NCBI RefSeq assembly: GCF_004210375.1
Contig: NC_134837.1
Location: 230,505,567-230,569,566, forward strand
Length of the DNA: 64,000 bases
Source: Tachypleus tridentatus
Taxonomy: Eukaryota
Direction of reading: 5' to 3'
Positions 37,553 to 51,196 of the stretch are shown here, piece after piece. The translations under genes were made by a program, and so were the position numbers. How positions within the stretch are numbered: position 1 is the first letter of the stretch; each line of letters starts with the position of its first letter. The notes beneath the pieces were generated by a model. That model did not search any database and had not been told where the DNA came from. It was given only the letters and a program-made list of their open reading frames with translations.

Positions 37553-37679
37553 TGTGCCCCATGAATAGGTGTAACGGAAATTACCATTGACACATGTAGT
37601 CTTGGATAATAGAATATCATGCCATGACTTTATGCTAACATAAAGGTGCTGTGAAGTCATGTTTTTTGATCTTATTAGT

Positions 37680-37800
37680 GGCACAATGGTGCGTTGGTAT
37701 GTTTGATGACTTATAATACTACAAATCAGGTTTCGATACCCTTGTTATGTTAAGTGCATGTAGCCCACTGGTTACCTTAGCGCTTTAGAAAAAAACAAAC
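37680..37800 (+). mobile_element. tRNA-like element related to SINE family 2, diverged, directly 3' of a family-1 copy.
   Basis: ggcacaatggtgcgttggtatgtttgatgacttataatactacaaatcaggtttcgatacccttgttatg…. Confidence 0.45.
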
Positions 37801-38240
37801 AACAGCAACAAAAGTTAGTAGTCTCTCTCCTTTTTTTTTTAGTTTAGTCTATTTCAATAAACACAAATCAGCGATAACGTCTTAGAGCATAAAGTTTCTT
37901 TCTCTGGTGTTTCAATCTTAAGCAAAGGGGTTAATAACGCTAAATTTCGAAGTTCAGTCTCTTTGGTAAGCACAGCACAGACAGTCCATTGTGCAACTTT
38001 GCATTTAAACAAAACAAGCACAACATTATTGGGAATAACTATTCTGTTTTATCTGTTTATTAGTATTTATTCGATTATTTACAATATTTGTTTTAGTCTA
38101 TACTTACTATTTCCTGCATCTTCCATTTATTGTGAATTACTTTCAATTTACCTGTTTCAAGTCATTGTACCTGAATAGTGTAACTGTAATTTACTTTTAT
38201 TATTTTTCTACAACATGAACTGACCTGTACAAATAATTTT

Positions 38241-38513
38241 GGTTTGTTTTTTGAGCTTTGCGCAAAGCTACACGAGGGCTATGTGCGCTAGCCGTTCCTA
38301 ATTTAGCAATGTAAGACTAGAGGGAAGACAGCTAGTGATCACCACCCACATCCAACTCTTGGGTTACTCTTTTATCAACGAATAGTGGAATTGACCGTCA
38401 CATTATAATGCCCCCACGGCTGAAAGGGCAAGTATGCTTGATGTGACGGGAATTCAAACCCGTGACCCTCAGATTACGAGTCGAGTGCCTTAACAATCTG
38501 GCTATGTCGGGCC
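38241..38513 (-). mobile_element. SINE family 1 copy.
   Basis: Matches the consensus. Confidence 0.9.
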
Positions 38514-38818
38514 ATACCAGTACGAACTTGTGAATTTTCATTAGCATGCAAAAAATATGCTGAGATATATAATTATCATCAATCATCAACGCTTGCCCCT
38601 TAATGTTATACGTGGCATAATGATTAACCTGTATAACACCAAAATTTGAGAAAACCTTATAGGTATAGTTAATCATACTTTATAATAGGTAAAATGCTTT
38701 TAACACTTTCTTTACGTAGTTAACATGAAAGATGAAACTCTTGTTTTCTCCAGAATTAAGTTTAGGTAATTTAAAGCTTAGAGTGAGCACTTATTCTCTG
38801 TTTTATGATTAGAAAAAC

Positions 38819-38937
38819 GCCCCCAGTGGCTCAGCGGTATGTCTGCGGACTTACAACGCTAAAAATCGGGTCTCGATACCCGTGGTTGGTAGAGCACAGA
38901 TAGCATATTGTGTAGCTTTGTGCTTGTTTCAAAAACA
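38819..38937 (+). mobile_element. SINE family 2b: a tRNA-like head plus the tail cagatagc.t.ttgtgtagctttgtgc…aaaac, which it shares with family 1.
   Basis: gcccccagtggctcagcggtatgtctgcggacttacaacgctaaaaatcgggtctcgatacccgtggttggtagagcacagatagcatattgtgtagctttgtgc. Confidence 0.8.
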
Positions 38938-40736
38938 AACAAACAAATCTTAGTAAAACTTCTACTGTGTGAAATATTTCTTTTAGCTAAAAACACTTAT
39001 GAGAAACGTTGATTTTGTCTTACAATCTCTCGAAGGGGTTAAAAGGTAGGAGGAAAATATTTTTATTTTCAACTCTTTCTTTAAGTTGTAAAATATTAGG
39101 GATAACTTATAGTTCTTTCTAACACTTTCTTTAGATACGTATCAAATAGGATAAATACTTTACTTCTTCCCTGACTTCTTTAAGAGTTACAAATTGCCTA
39201 TTTCGAATTTATTCTTTTGTAAAAGGTAAAAATTACATGTAATTTGAAATGGTATACACTATTCTGATTTTTCGTGAGGTGAAATTAGTTATATTAAACA
39301 TATATTTCTTGGTAATGGGTAAAGTAAAGGGACAAAATTCTGATTAAGCGCTTAAAATTACAGTCAGTAAATATTAAAGTTACTTGCGCTTGTTGAACAT
39401 TGTTATTTAAGCCTTAACATGTAGCTTAAAATATTTACGGAAATAATTTTATCATTAAAATCATTTCACTACATGTGTTTTAATAATTCATAACTGAAGG
39501 TGAAAGTTATTTATAGAGTGATAAAAAATCTGTTTCGACTAACCTTTTGTTCTGATAGAAGTTCTTCAAGATGTTTTATCTTGTTCTGTAGTGATCGAGA
39601 ATGATTAAGCGCAAGCAATGCTCTGTAAGCTTTTATACATGTAACCCCTTTTTGTCAGCAGGTGGAGTCACACGGTGATCTAATTTTGGCAAATGATTCG
39701 CTTTCTCAACACATCAAGGATTTTTGTTACGATAGAAACAACTCTAGGATGTGTCGTTGAAATTGTTGTATACATAAAGTGGCCTACATCTAGGGGGCAG
39801 AAATAATAGTGTACTATGATTTAACACCAAAAGAGTTGAAGAATATTCATTATAGGGCTTTGGCCTCTGATAATATACGAAGAGTGGGTTCCTAAACATC
39901 GTCTTATGCAAATCAATTTTACCTCTACTTATACTGTCAAACCTTAATGGTTCTATTGTGAAGGAAGATTTACTGAGTAAATATTAAGTTATTTTTAAAT
40001 TCTTAACTTTAAACATGTTTCAGACTTTTTAACTAAACATCTAAGAATAACTAGCTCTGAAAAACTAAAAAAAAAAAAGCCTGACAATTCTCCAACTGTT
40101 AGAGCTAAATAATGATTGAATGAATATGTCGTGAAAGAAGTTTGTGTACACGTGACTTGTGTCACTTTTTTAGAACGAAGTTCTTTCTGCGTGACGTTGC
40201 AAACTTTTGTCTGGGATACATAGACGACTTTTGCACTATCTTTTGTGTTCTCACATATTACAAGACGATGCATTTTGCTTACCATGGATGAGGCACGATT
40301 TGTTGCAAGTCTTTTGTGTATAGTCCTGACATTGTCATCTTGATCCATATTCCTTTTTCTTCCAATCAAGTACAAGGGATATTAACTTCTTGAAAATTAT
40401 AAATATCCAGTTTGAACACGTCTTTATGCTTTAAGTGTATAAATATTTTGCTTCAAAAAGGGTTGTTACACACCATTCGCAAAAGCGATCGGTTTGCAGT
40501 TGTATCACCCAATTAAGAAACAATAAACAGTGCCATAAAGTAGTTTTTATACATTCTGTTCTAACGCAACTTTATATTGACTATCGTTTAGTCTGCTGAA
40601 TTGGATATTCAAAATCGTTTTAACAAAAATTATTAAACGCGGTAAGCTACATCTATACTTTATGTAGTTTTGAGCGTATAAGTAAGTGTCTTGTATAACA
40701 CTTTTATTTACTTGAATGAAATTAGTTGTTTTAGCT

Positions 40737-40855
40737 TGCCCCCGAATGGCACTGCAGTAGATTTGTGGACTTACAATGCTACGAACTGGGTTTCAACACA
40801 CGTGGTCGGCAGAGTACAGATAATTCTTTGTGTAGCTTTGTGGTTAATTTTAAGT
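40737..40855 (+). mobile_element. SINE family 2b copy.
   Basis: cccccgaatggcactgcagtagatttgtggacttacaatgctacgaactgggtttcaacacacgtggtcggcagagtacagataattctttgtgtagctttgtgg. Confidence 0.75.
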
Positions 40856-41077
40856 AATACAGTTCCGTTTAGACCATTCTGATGTATATTTTCTTTTTCT
40901 ACAAAACTCACGTATTGAGTTTATGTATATATTACGATGATTTATTTAGTTTTCTTAAATTATGAAATTTTTATTCATCGAATTTGTGACAACTGCAGAA
41001 AGTTTTATTTTCTTAATTATTTGAAGTGTTTTTTAATACGAGCTTTAAAAATATGAATTGAATAAAGTGTCACAAAA

Positions 41078-41192
41078 CCCCTGTCCTCCAGTGGGTTAGC
41101 TATAGGCTTACGGACTTATGACGCTAAAATTAGCTGTTCGATTACCCACTGTGAAGACAACAGAGAGCTCAGTGTAAGCTTTGCGCTAAAAC
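41078..41192 (+). mobile_element. SINE family 2b copy, diverged.
   Basis: cccctgtcctccagtgggttagctataggcttacggacttatgacgctaaaattagctgttcgattacccactgtgaagacaacagagagctcagtgtaagctttgcgc. Confidence 0.7.
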
Positions 41193-43139
41193 AAAAAAAG
41201 AACAACAACAGCGCTCGCCTGTAAAGGAGGTTTTAGAAAGTATTTAATAAATATTATCCGATCTTTCTTTTTAATTTAAACCATCACTTTGTGAAGGTAC
41301 AAGTAAAACATTCTTACTAAAGATATTTTTTTTCAGGCTCATTGTGCTTAATATATTATGTAAATCAATATGTATGTAAGGCCAATATTAATAAGGTTTA
41401 TGTTAAAAACATTCTCACACAGTGAATTAACAGGTAATTGTTTTTGGGATATTACTTAGTTTTGTGCTTTTCTTTGCTCTTGTTATAGAAGTTTGTATAT
41501 AAAATATAAGCAAATATTTCTTTTTAAATATCTGTAATGTTTCATCCGAGAAAGTAGTTACAGTAATTTGCGATATACAAACAGGCTATAAATTCTATGA
41601 ACCATGATATGGTTGTGGTTCAAAATCGAGTAATTCGGTTATTCGCCCTGAGATTTGGGGCGCGAGGTCATTGTTCGTCAAAGAAGCTTCAGAAACCACG
41701 CCCCCTGTTAGATTGGTCTCCAGGAACTTCTAGTCCACTAGTTTAGAAGTTAAAAAAGAACAAGAAATACACTGTCACTGCTGAGAAGTATTAATAATTA
41801 ACCATACATTATCTGATTTTGTATGTGTATTTAACAAATGAAATGGAATTTTATACATATTGAGGTTAAATGAAGGCACTATAATAATAACAAGAAACCG
41901 TTAAATACTATAAGTGACATGGCAAAAATATTTCATGCTGCACTAGTCTGACAAAGTAATCAGCTGCAGTCTGTCTCAATGTAGGTCCCTTATTAGAATT
42001 TATTTATGTACCAATCCTGGAGGGTATAACTTACGTCTACGTGATTGGATATAAAAGGGCGATATAACTTACTATAAGATATAGAGATGTTTACATATCG
42101 ACACTATATAGGTATCAGGAAAAAATATAATATAAATAAAATGGGAAAATTTAATCAGTCATATAAGGAAGCGCGGAAATAAACATAGAGATAGATGAAG
42201 CAACTTACTGCATGATTTTGTATAACAGAGCAAATAATTTCAAGATTAAATCAGACTAGCAAGCAAAAGGTTAAGAAAAACAACAGGAAGCTAAAGAGAC
42301 ACTCAGTTGTGTGTATACCTCCGCGACGCAGCGTTGACCATATTTGGCTCTAAAAAAATACGAAAATGTATCCGCATGTCCATCGTCATGAGCAGACATG
42401 GACTATTTTTGGGCAGGAGAATGATGAATAATATTCTACAGAAGTGTTTTGAAAACCTGATCATATTTAACTCAGTTATGTAGCTAAAATAATGTAAAAA
42501 ATAGGTCCCCATGTTAGTATATATATAGATATTTGGGATTTTTTTGACATTTGCTGTGACTTTGATCTTTGACCTTGACCCTCTAAAAACTAAACGCTTT
42601 TAAGGTTGGTCATAGTCCAAATGTAAAGCAACTTTTATCCGAATCCAATTATAATTGTCGAGAAATCTGATTAACAAACACACACAGGGGATGAAAACAT
42701 ATCTACCGTCCAAGTTTAGTAGTTGAGGTAATAATGGCTATGAAGCAATTGCCATGTACTTCCTTCCCAGATGTACTATGTCAGTATGTAACATTTCACC
42801 TACAATATTTTGTTGACGGAGTTAACGTGCCATAGTTTAAAAGAAATAGTTTATTTATTATTGTGTTAGACCAGCTTTTCCCAAACGTTTCTAGCCAAAG
42901 ACCGGTTTATTTTTGTAGTTTTGCATGAGGCCGGCCTTCTCAAATACCTAATTAGATAACCTGCTAAGATATGGCTAAGTTTTAACATCAGTCTGGAAGC
43001 AATAGTTCTATAAATACATCATTAATTATAAAATATACAGGTATTTTATAGTATTACTGTGTAAAAAAAGTAAAATAAAGTATATTTAATTGTTTTTTAA
43101 TATTTATGTTAACTGTATATTTATTAATGCATTTTTAAT

Positions 43140-45060
43140 TAGAAGGATAATGCTATTTTCATCACATAGCAACACATCACATCAGGAGGAAAAGAAGTCA
43201 GTTTGATCCTCAAATCTGGCTCAACATTAATCTGTTTCTGAACATAATTTTTAAGAAAACCGGCGTTGAGAAGCCTGATTGGCATTTATAAGTCGTGACA
43301 AAGGAAATACGAAATCTAACTACATTTTCTGATAAATTTGGATACTTAACACGACAGCTCAGCCAAATATTAATTAACGAGGCTTGACACTGTCTTTCAG
43401 TGCAATGTCGCAGGACAGTTCGATAATAGAATCAATTTCTGATTCACTGAGTTGTAATCCTTCCTCATTTTCCTTGTCAACAGTAAAAATGTTTCTGATC
43501 CACATTTTATTGCTGTTTGTTGGAGGAAAATATTCATTCCATCATAATTTTAGCCCCAAAAGATGCTCTTTGATTGTTGAAGAAATCTCATCTGGAATAT
43601 TACCTTCTTCATCTTGGTTTTGTAATTTAGTTAAAGTAGAAAAAGACTTATGATATTTTTTCTCAACTCGAGGTACTCACAAGTTAATTTTTTACATATC
43701 TACTTCTATCTTCTCCTGGACTTTAAAAATATTTATGTTAGCACCTTGTATATTTAGATTTAACGCATTTAAAAAGCCAAAAATGTCACATAAATAACCC
43801 ACCTTAATTAACAAATGCAAATCATGAAATCTGTCTCTAAATTTAGATATTGCATTCTTTGCTGATGGAGAATGTTGCTTCAAAAACCAGATAACTTTCA
43901 TTCTTCGTTTCGATGAATCTTTTAAAGACATTTTCTTTTGAAAACCACCGAACTTCACAGTGTTCGCTTCCTAGTTCTTTGCACAAATGAATAAAGATTC
44001 TGGAATTCAACGAACTAGGTTTTATATAGTTTATGAAGTTAACACATTCTTGCACAGTTGAATTCAAAAGTAAGGGTATTTTCTTCACAGCTAACGCCTC
44101 TCTTTAAATGTTGCAATGCACCCATTCACCGTCTGGTGCTACTGTTCGGATCCTCTGGAAAGCTCCTTCATGGGAACCTGCCATTGAGCAAGTATCATCG
44201 CTACTCAATCCAACACGTTTTTCTCCCATTGAATACTACTCTGAATTGTAACATTATTGATTAACTTAAGAATTTCGTCAGCTGTTGTTCTTGTTGGAAG
44301 TGATTTACAAAACAATAAATCTTCATCAATTGTGTCCTAATGATCATATCTTACAAAGCACATTAAACTAACATTATGTGCTACGTTTGTGATTTCACCC
44401 ACTTGTAATGAAATACTAACTACAATGAACTTGACGTATAAGAATTTCTTCAATATTTTTTACCATATTCACAATTCTACCTATTATTAGATACGGACAG
44501 TAAATTCAGCTAATTTCCTTGTCTTTTTATAAACACGAGATGTAATTGTTTATACTGCATAAAGTATTAATGTTTCATCAATAGTATGCGGATAACCTGT
44601 ATCGGTTATTAATTTTGAAATTTCATATGAAGCCATAACCAAGTGTTCATTGGTAGATCTCGTGTAAAAAGTATGTGAAATTATTTGTTTAGAAAAAAAA
44701 CTATGTCATTTTTCGTAGTTATGAAAAAAATCCATTGACCTACTCGAGTATTCTGGATGTCTGGTATCCATGTGGCGTTTCAGTTTCGATGATTTCATGT
44801 ACTCATTTGATAATGTTGAACAACAAAAACACATAGTGACAAGTCATTATTGCTACCACCACTTATAAAACTGTACTTCAAATATTCATCACAATACTGT
44901 CGAGTTCAAGAGGTCTTTGTTTTCTTTTCTTTGTTATCAGTCTGCATATCGTTTAAATGTTTATAGGTATGCCTATTATTTTCACTAACTTCAGTTTCAC
45001 TTGATGTTTTCTTGTGTGATGCACGTTTCTTCAGCCATCTATCCATGTTGAAGAGGGTTT
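43140..45060 (-). pseudogene. Second Buster-type hAT transposase pseudogene in the same orientation. Its N-terminus is MDRWLKKRASHKK…YCDEYLKYSFI and its C-terminal part reads FINYIKPSSLNSRIFIHLCKELGSEHCEVRWFSKENVFKRF.
   Basis: Minus ORFs 43843..44088 and 43692..43958. The reverse complement of 44990..45055 is translated. Multiple stops and frameshifts are present. Confidence 0.65.
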
Positions 45061-47904
45061 TCTTGAAAATGAGCAATTTAAATTTTTTTAGTTAGTACAA
45101 ACTAAGTCACAAACAATTCTCTCTCTTCTCAGAACAAACTGACACTTCTGCATCGGCCACCAGTAACTTGTCTGCTGCCACCTGGCGTTACCAGACGCAA
45201 GACTGTTCTCGCATGCCTGTCAGTTTCCATTAACAGAGTAAGCAAATTCAACGCATTTGGAATAAAACTCCAAAAACTTGTACCTTGCCCTCACACAGGG
45301 GAAGATCGACTTGGACTCAGCAAGGGGACGTGTCTAGTTAACATGTGGTTTACATTTACGGCATTTCACAAGATTATCAACAAAGTAAAACTTAGCATTA
45401 GATTCCCTAAATTGCACTAAGTGAGAACACTTTCTGAGAGACTGAATGCATGAGGGCAACCGTCAACTTGTGAATTCTATAGTTTCGTAACCTTAAGTAA
45501 AACTTATACTTTTCCTTCCTGTTATATTAGCTTTGTTTAAATAATGAGAACTCCAAATTAAATGAAATGAAAGTTTAAATTATAATGCATTTTAAAAGAT
45601 TAATTTTATTAGAATATATTTATATTAACTGGTTTAATTAGATTCTTTAATATACAACAATAGCTTGTAGAAAGTTTAAAAATGGCGGTCGATAGTAAAA
45701 AGGTTAAAATTGATTTAATTTCTTTAGTTTCCTGCGGATCGGGTTTTGTTTTTGCAGCTGGTACTGGATCGCGGACCAAACTGTCAGTAACGCGGTGTAG
45801 ACAATTCCAAAACCTATTATTAAGAGGCTGCATTGTTTCGTTTAGAGACAGCTAATCAACAGCACACACACCGCCGACTCTTTAGCTACTCTTGTTTGAC
45901 TGAATATCGGGGCATGATCATCACTTTGTGGAGATCTGAGTCAAATAAACGAACATAAGTGATGCAGTTCAATATAGATGTTTGAAAGAGGCTGTAATTT
46001 TTACAGATTTTTACATGTACCGTGACGGTATGTCAGATACTCTTGATTAACATAAACGTTTCGAAGAAGTTATAATGTGATATAAAGCTTAATGGAAACT
46101 TTGAAAACGAACTATGATGTTTAAACAATCGTACTTTGATACGCTGCTTTTAAAAGGATCGTAATACCTCACTGGTATTAGGATTTTAACAAAATCTTTG
46201 ATAACTGTTATAGTATTTTACTAGGGGTAGTTTGTGAAGATGTTATAGTATTTTATTGCATGTAACGCACCATTAAGTATTATTTTAAAGAAGAATTGGA
46301 ACTTGCAGAAATGCTGTGATATTCCATAGTAGAAAATGAAACAGTATAAAAATATTAAAAGTAAAATGCACCTTACTTTCTGATATGCTGTGTCATTACA
46401 CTAAACAATTTGAAAGAAAACTTAGAATTGACTTATAGTATTTCGCCTGATATCCCATGTCAACAAGTAGACATTTTAAAAGAAACATGAAAGGGGTTAT
46501 AGAGGTTCACTGAAAGAGCATATAAATTTTTTATGTAACTAAAATAATATAAGAGAGATAAAGTATTTCCCCATCTAAACCGGTTCATTATGTTAGGATA
46601 AGAGAAATGCTTTAAAGGGACTGTAACGTTATATTAATATACTGTATCAGTAGGTTATAGACTTAAAATGAACTTTAAAATGACTCGTATAATATCATCA
46701 CATTTACATTATTAATATCTTATAACTGTTGTAGTATTACATTCCTTCTGAATCAACCTCGTTGTATTACGTAGTGTTAACATCTTATACAGTTTAATAG
46801 GGGCTGTAGCATTAAACGACATGCACATTGTCAATAGTTTATACACTTTCATAAGGACTTTGAAAGGGTTAAGGCGTCACACCATAAGTACAATGCTATT
46901 ATTTTAAACAATTCAATTTTAAATAGGAACTTTCAGAAGTTGTAGTATTTCATTTCATTTATAAGTCATTATCTTACACTGTTTAAAAATATGTTTAAGA
47001 AGTTTTTTGTATTTCACTATATTCATTAAGTCAGTACAAGAGATAGTATGAAAGAAGCTTTAGTATATCGCTGGTTGTACCTGATATAAAATGTCAGTAT
47101 GTTAAATACATTACAATAACATTTGTAACTTTCATCTAATATATATCATGCTATTATATGTTATATAGTTTAAAACGTAACATACTTAAAGGAATTAATA
47201 GTATTTCACAACATGTATTGTGTTAACATATTTGGCAGTTTAAAGTCATATCAGAAATAGTTTATACTGTTTCACAACTTTTGGACGTTGTAGGTTGATA
47301 ATATAATCTATTTCTTCCTGTGGTTTATATGGGCCAATAATGTCAGTTATATCTTTTTGTTTTGTATAATATAATACAGTTAACTGAATACTTCATATTA
47401 AACAATTTTGGATGTCCAAATCAGCACGTCACATAACAATCACAGACGATATAAAGTCGTGACAGAGCTACAGTTTGAAATAATTTGGTAATAAGTAGAT
47501 AGTATTATGCCACTGAAAATTTATTGCTTTTGAAAAGTTTAGGCAAGAGCCTTTTCTGAGGCAAGATAATGGGACACTCAGATCATATAATTTTCGTTTT
47601 GAAGATTTAAAATTTTCCATACAAAGATATTCATTGCAACTAATAATTAGTAGAATTGAGAAATAAAAGAATATGGATTAACTTGGAAAATTATGATCAT
47701 CGAGAAAGAGACTTGCAAAAAATCATGTGACATAGGAATATAACCTAGGTTTCATCTATATGTAATATTTATGAATCTACTCTTTAATCTGTAAATGTGC
47801 AGGTTATCACATAAGATGTGGAAAAAAAAACCGTTAAGCTAATCTTGTTAGAAGTTATTTTCGTTCCTGTGTTGTTTTCCATACAGGTGGTATCTGTTAC
47901 CATC

Positions 47905-48310
47905 CGGGCCCAGATATGGCCAGGTGGTTAAGGCACTCGACTCGTAATAGGAGGGTGGCGCGTTTGAATTCTCGTCACACCAAACATGTTCGCCCTTTCA
48001 GCCGTGGGGGTGCTATAATGTTACAGTAAATCCCACTATTCGTTGGTAGCCCCCCCCCAGTGGCATAGTGGTATGTCTGCGGTCTTACACACTAAAAACC
48101 GGATTTCGATACCCATGATGAGCAGAGCACAGATAGCCCATTGTGTAGTTTTGTGCTTAATTCAAAACAATTATTCTTTGGTAAAAGAGTAATCCAAGAT
48201 TTAGCAGTGGGTGGTGATGACTAGCTGCTTTCCCTCTTGTCTTACACTGCAAAATTAGGGACGGCTAGCACAGATAGCTTTCGTTTAGCTTTGCGCGAAA
48301 TTAAAAAAAA
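47905..48310 (+). mobile_element. SINE family 1 copy interrupted by a nested family-2 SINE at 48046..48180.
   Basis: The head at 47905..48045 ends …cccactattcgttggta. The body resumes at 48181 gtaaaagagtaatccaagat…. Confidence 0.85.
48046..48180 (+). mobile_element. SINE family 2b copy nested inside a family-1 SINE.
   Basis: gccccccccccagtggcatagtggtatgtctgcggtcttacacactaaaaaccggatttcgatacccatgatgagcagagcacagatagcccattgtgtagttttgtgcttaattcaaaac. Confidence 0.8.
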
Positions 48311-50467
48311 CAACCACCAAACTTTTACCATTCGTGGGAACCTTGCTTGCAATGATTGCATTTAGGATGTTCAGGGCAAGGTCAATTTCTGGTTGTACAG
48401 ATAATACTGATCGATCTCTGTTTAATTGATGCAGAATCATAGCGGTTAGTCATATGATAGTCATACAAGGTTAGAGCAAGGCTTCATTTTAGACAAAACC
48501 TTTCATTCAATTAGTGTGATTCTTAATCTCATTAAAGCATGACCTAATATTGACTCTATAAAGAAATAACAGTCCATCGTAAGCAGGTAAACAGGCTCAG
48601 TTTTTGTCTTTTGAGTTACTATAGATTGTGTTCGTAGAATATTACACTTTGTATTCAGTCCATTTGTCCCTTAGTTTAAATTCAATCAATAAAATTTCAT
48701 CATTGTTCTGCAGTGTAATATCTTGTTAGAATCTCCTGATGAGTGGATCTATCAGATAAATCGCAACATTATATTTAATTCAACTAACAGAATAGATGCT
48801 GATACTAAAATGTATATTTAACTTAAACACTTTTAATGAAGCATTAAAAATTCTTCTCTGTTTTGAAATGGAATTTTACAATAATTTGTCATCGAGAAGA
48901 GATGGACACCTGAGTGAGTATTTGTAGGAAATGTCATCCACTGAATGTTGGACTTCTGCCACAAAAGCCTGTGACTGCTACTTTTATGTGACCCATGAGT
49001 TAAAAAAAACTGCTAATGTCTTATGCACTCAAATCACTATTTGATAGGGTTCTAATATTTAGAGTTGACATCAGTGCAAAGACAACTCATTTTCAGAGGT
49101 GTAATACAGTTGTGGCATCTAGTGAGCCGTATAAAACTTGTGGAAATCTTTACAGGACTCCAAGGCTGACACCAGCCAAAGTACAACTCCATCTATGGTT
49201 AAAGTACCACAGCAGAAGGAAAGGAAGCATTATTGGTGGACATCATTAACAGCTGGAGCTCTTTTGTCTGTGGGACAGTGGTGAGCCTCCTTGAGCTGAA
49301 ATTTATGGTTTGATATAGACCAGAAAAAATTGCCAAATGCACCTCTTTCTTTTTACCCCAAATTCATTAGCCATCTGCATTTCAGAGTGTTGAAACATTA
49401 TACGTTTACAATGTTGAGCTGAGAGTGTAGCGAAACTCTCAATCTGGTGATTGAGAGATTAATAAGGAGGCCGTTTGGTCACACTCATGGGTTCTCGTGT
49501 GTAAAGCTAAATAAATCACCTTTCTACATTGGTCTCAGAATATCACAAGGATACTTTTGTTGAAAAGTTCATTCAAAGTTTACCGCGTGAAATCATGTGA
49601 CATCAATTTTATGTAAAGACCTTCCATTGCTAGCAGAGACAGTTTCTAATGAAATGAGATAAGAAGATATTGAGTCTTTCACAGGAGTAGAATAACCTCA
49701 TATCAGCAGCTGCAAGAACATCAATCCCAACAGAACATCCTCTTTCAGTTCCTACGTCGTATGAGGGATGGAATCAGCCATGGATCAGATGATCCCTCAT
49801 GCATACCAGAGTTCTAATGAAGCCATATTGGTTTCCAATGAATGTGTAAGCTCTTCCATATCATACGTTTCACCACCAGCTCTAGTTGGAAGGGCTGAAG
49901 AATATTTTTGCTTGAAAGGAATTTTTTTACTTGAGGTGTTAAAGATGGACAAAATGAATAAATTTTACGGTATAACATCACCCACTTTTTTTAGGGTTTT
50001 TGTTTGATGATATCATACTTCCTTTCTATTTTATAGATAATATTATATCTCTCTCCTTCAGGTGCTATATTTGGATTATATTAGTTATATCTTCTGGTGG
50101 TTTTGATCGATAGTTTCCATACATCTTTTAATGTTGTAAATGATGGATATCAACTATTTCTTTCCGTTGTCTAATATGATAATATAGTTCAGTTTTTACA
50201 TTGTTATAAATGGTTGATATCTCCCACTACGTCTGGCGCTATAAATGCATAATACCACATCTTTTTTCAAATTATTGTTGATGTTTTTACTGTTGTGAGT
50301 AATTAATATCACCAACTCCCTAATTGCAATATATGGATAATATACTGTTCACTTCTTCCGCTGTAGTGAGTTGTTAATATAAACAACTTCCTATATTGTA
50401 AAAACTGGTTAATATATTGCTCACTTCTTTCTTTGTACATAATATAACTAACTTTTTTAGACTGTAA

Positions 50468-50628
50468 GGACCGGCATGATCAGGGCGCTTGACTCGTAAT
50501 ATGAGAGTCGCGGGTTCGCATCCCCATCATATCAAACATGCTTGCCTTTTTAGTTATGGGGCGTTATTATGTACTGTCAATCCCACTATTCGTTGGCAAA
50601 AGAGTAGCTCAAGAGTTGGCTGTTATAA
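50468..50628 (+). mobile_element. SINE family 1 copy, a 5' fragment with its 3' end truncated.
   Basis: ccggcatgatcagggcgcttgactcgtaatatgagagtcgcgggttcgcatcccc… cccactattcgttggcaaaagagtagctcaagagttgg. Confidence 0.75.
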
Positions 50629-51196
50629 AACGCATGATAGTTAAGAAACAATCCAATTTTTATTTCAGTTGTTCTTTTTTTAAAATAATTAATCATTTTA
50701 AAACATTGATAAATGATTAATCACGTACTTAATAAACAACTGTCTGTGCAATATTGTGAATTAAAATCTTGAACATTACTTTTACAAATAGGGAAATATA
50801 ATACTGAGTAAAGTATGAAATAGATAACCAAATATAACTTCGATTCCAAGTGGATTTTAAAACGAACAAAACAATAATAATAAAAACTAGTTATATTTCA
50901 CAAACTCAAGAACAACCCAGTTTGTGTGTGTGTGATGTGGGGTTTAGCTAACTCTGTCGTAAAAGCTCTTGATTCCTAAGCTGTCGAATCAAAATCAAAT
51001 TCATGTGATATCACAAAGAATGTCACACATTTCAAACTCTCGATGCGCAAAAAGAATGACAGTCAACCTTTTAGGGTGAAAAGGCCGGTAGGGTGCTATT
51101 GACTTCCTGTCTTTCCTCTGGTACGTGGTTCAAAATTAGGGATGATAGAAAACTTTAGTAGTTTTATTATAAATACAAATACAGCTTCTAATGAGT

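Noticed and set aside
43384-44264. Plus-strand ORFs 43384..43653 and 44058..44264
   Set aside because: They are antisense to the hAT transposase pseudogene, whose minus-strand frames carry the recognisable hAT motifs.
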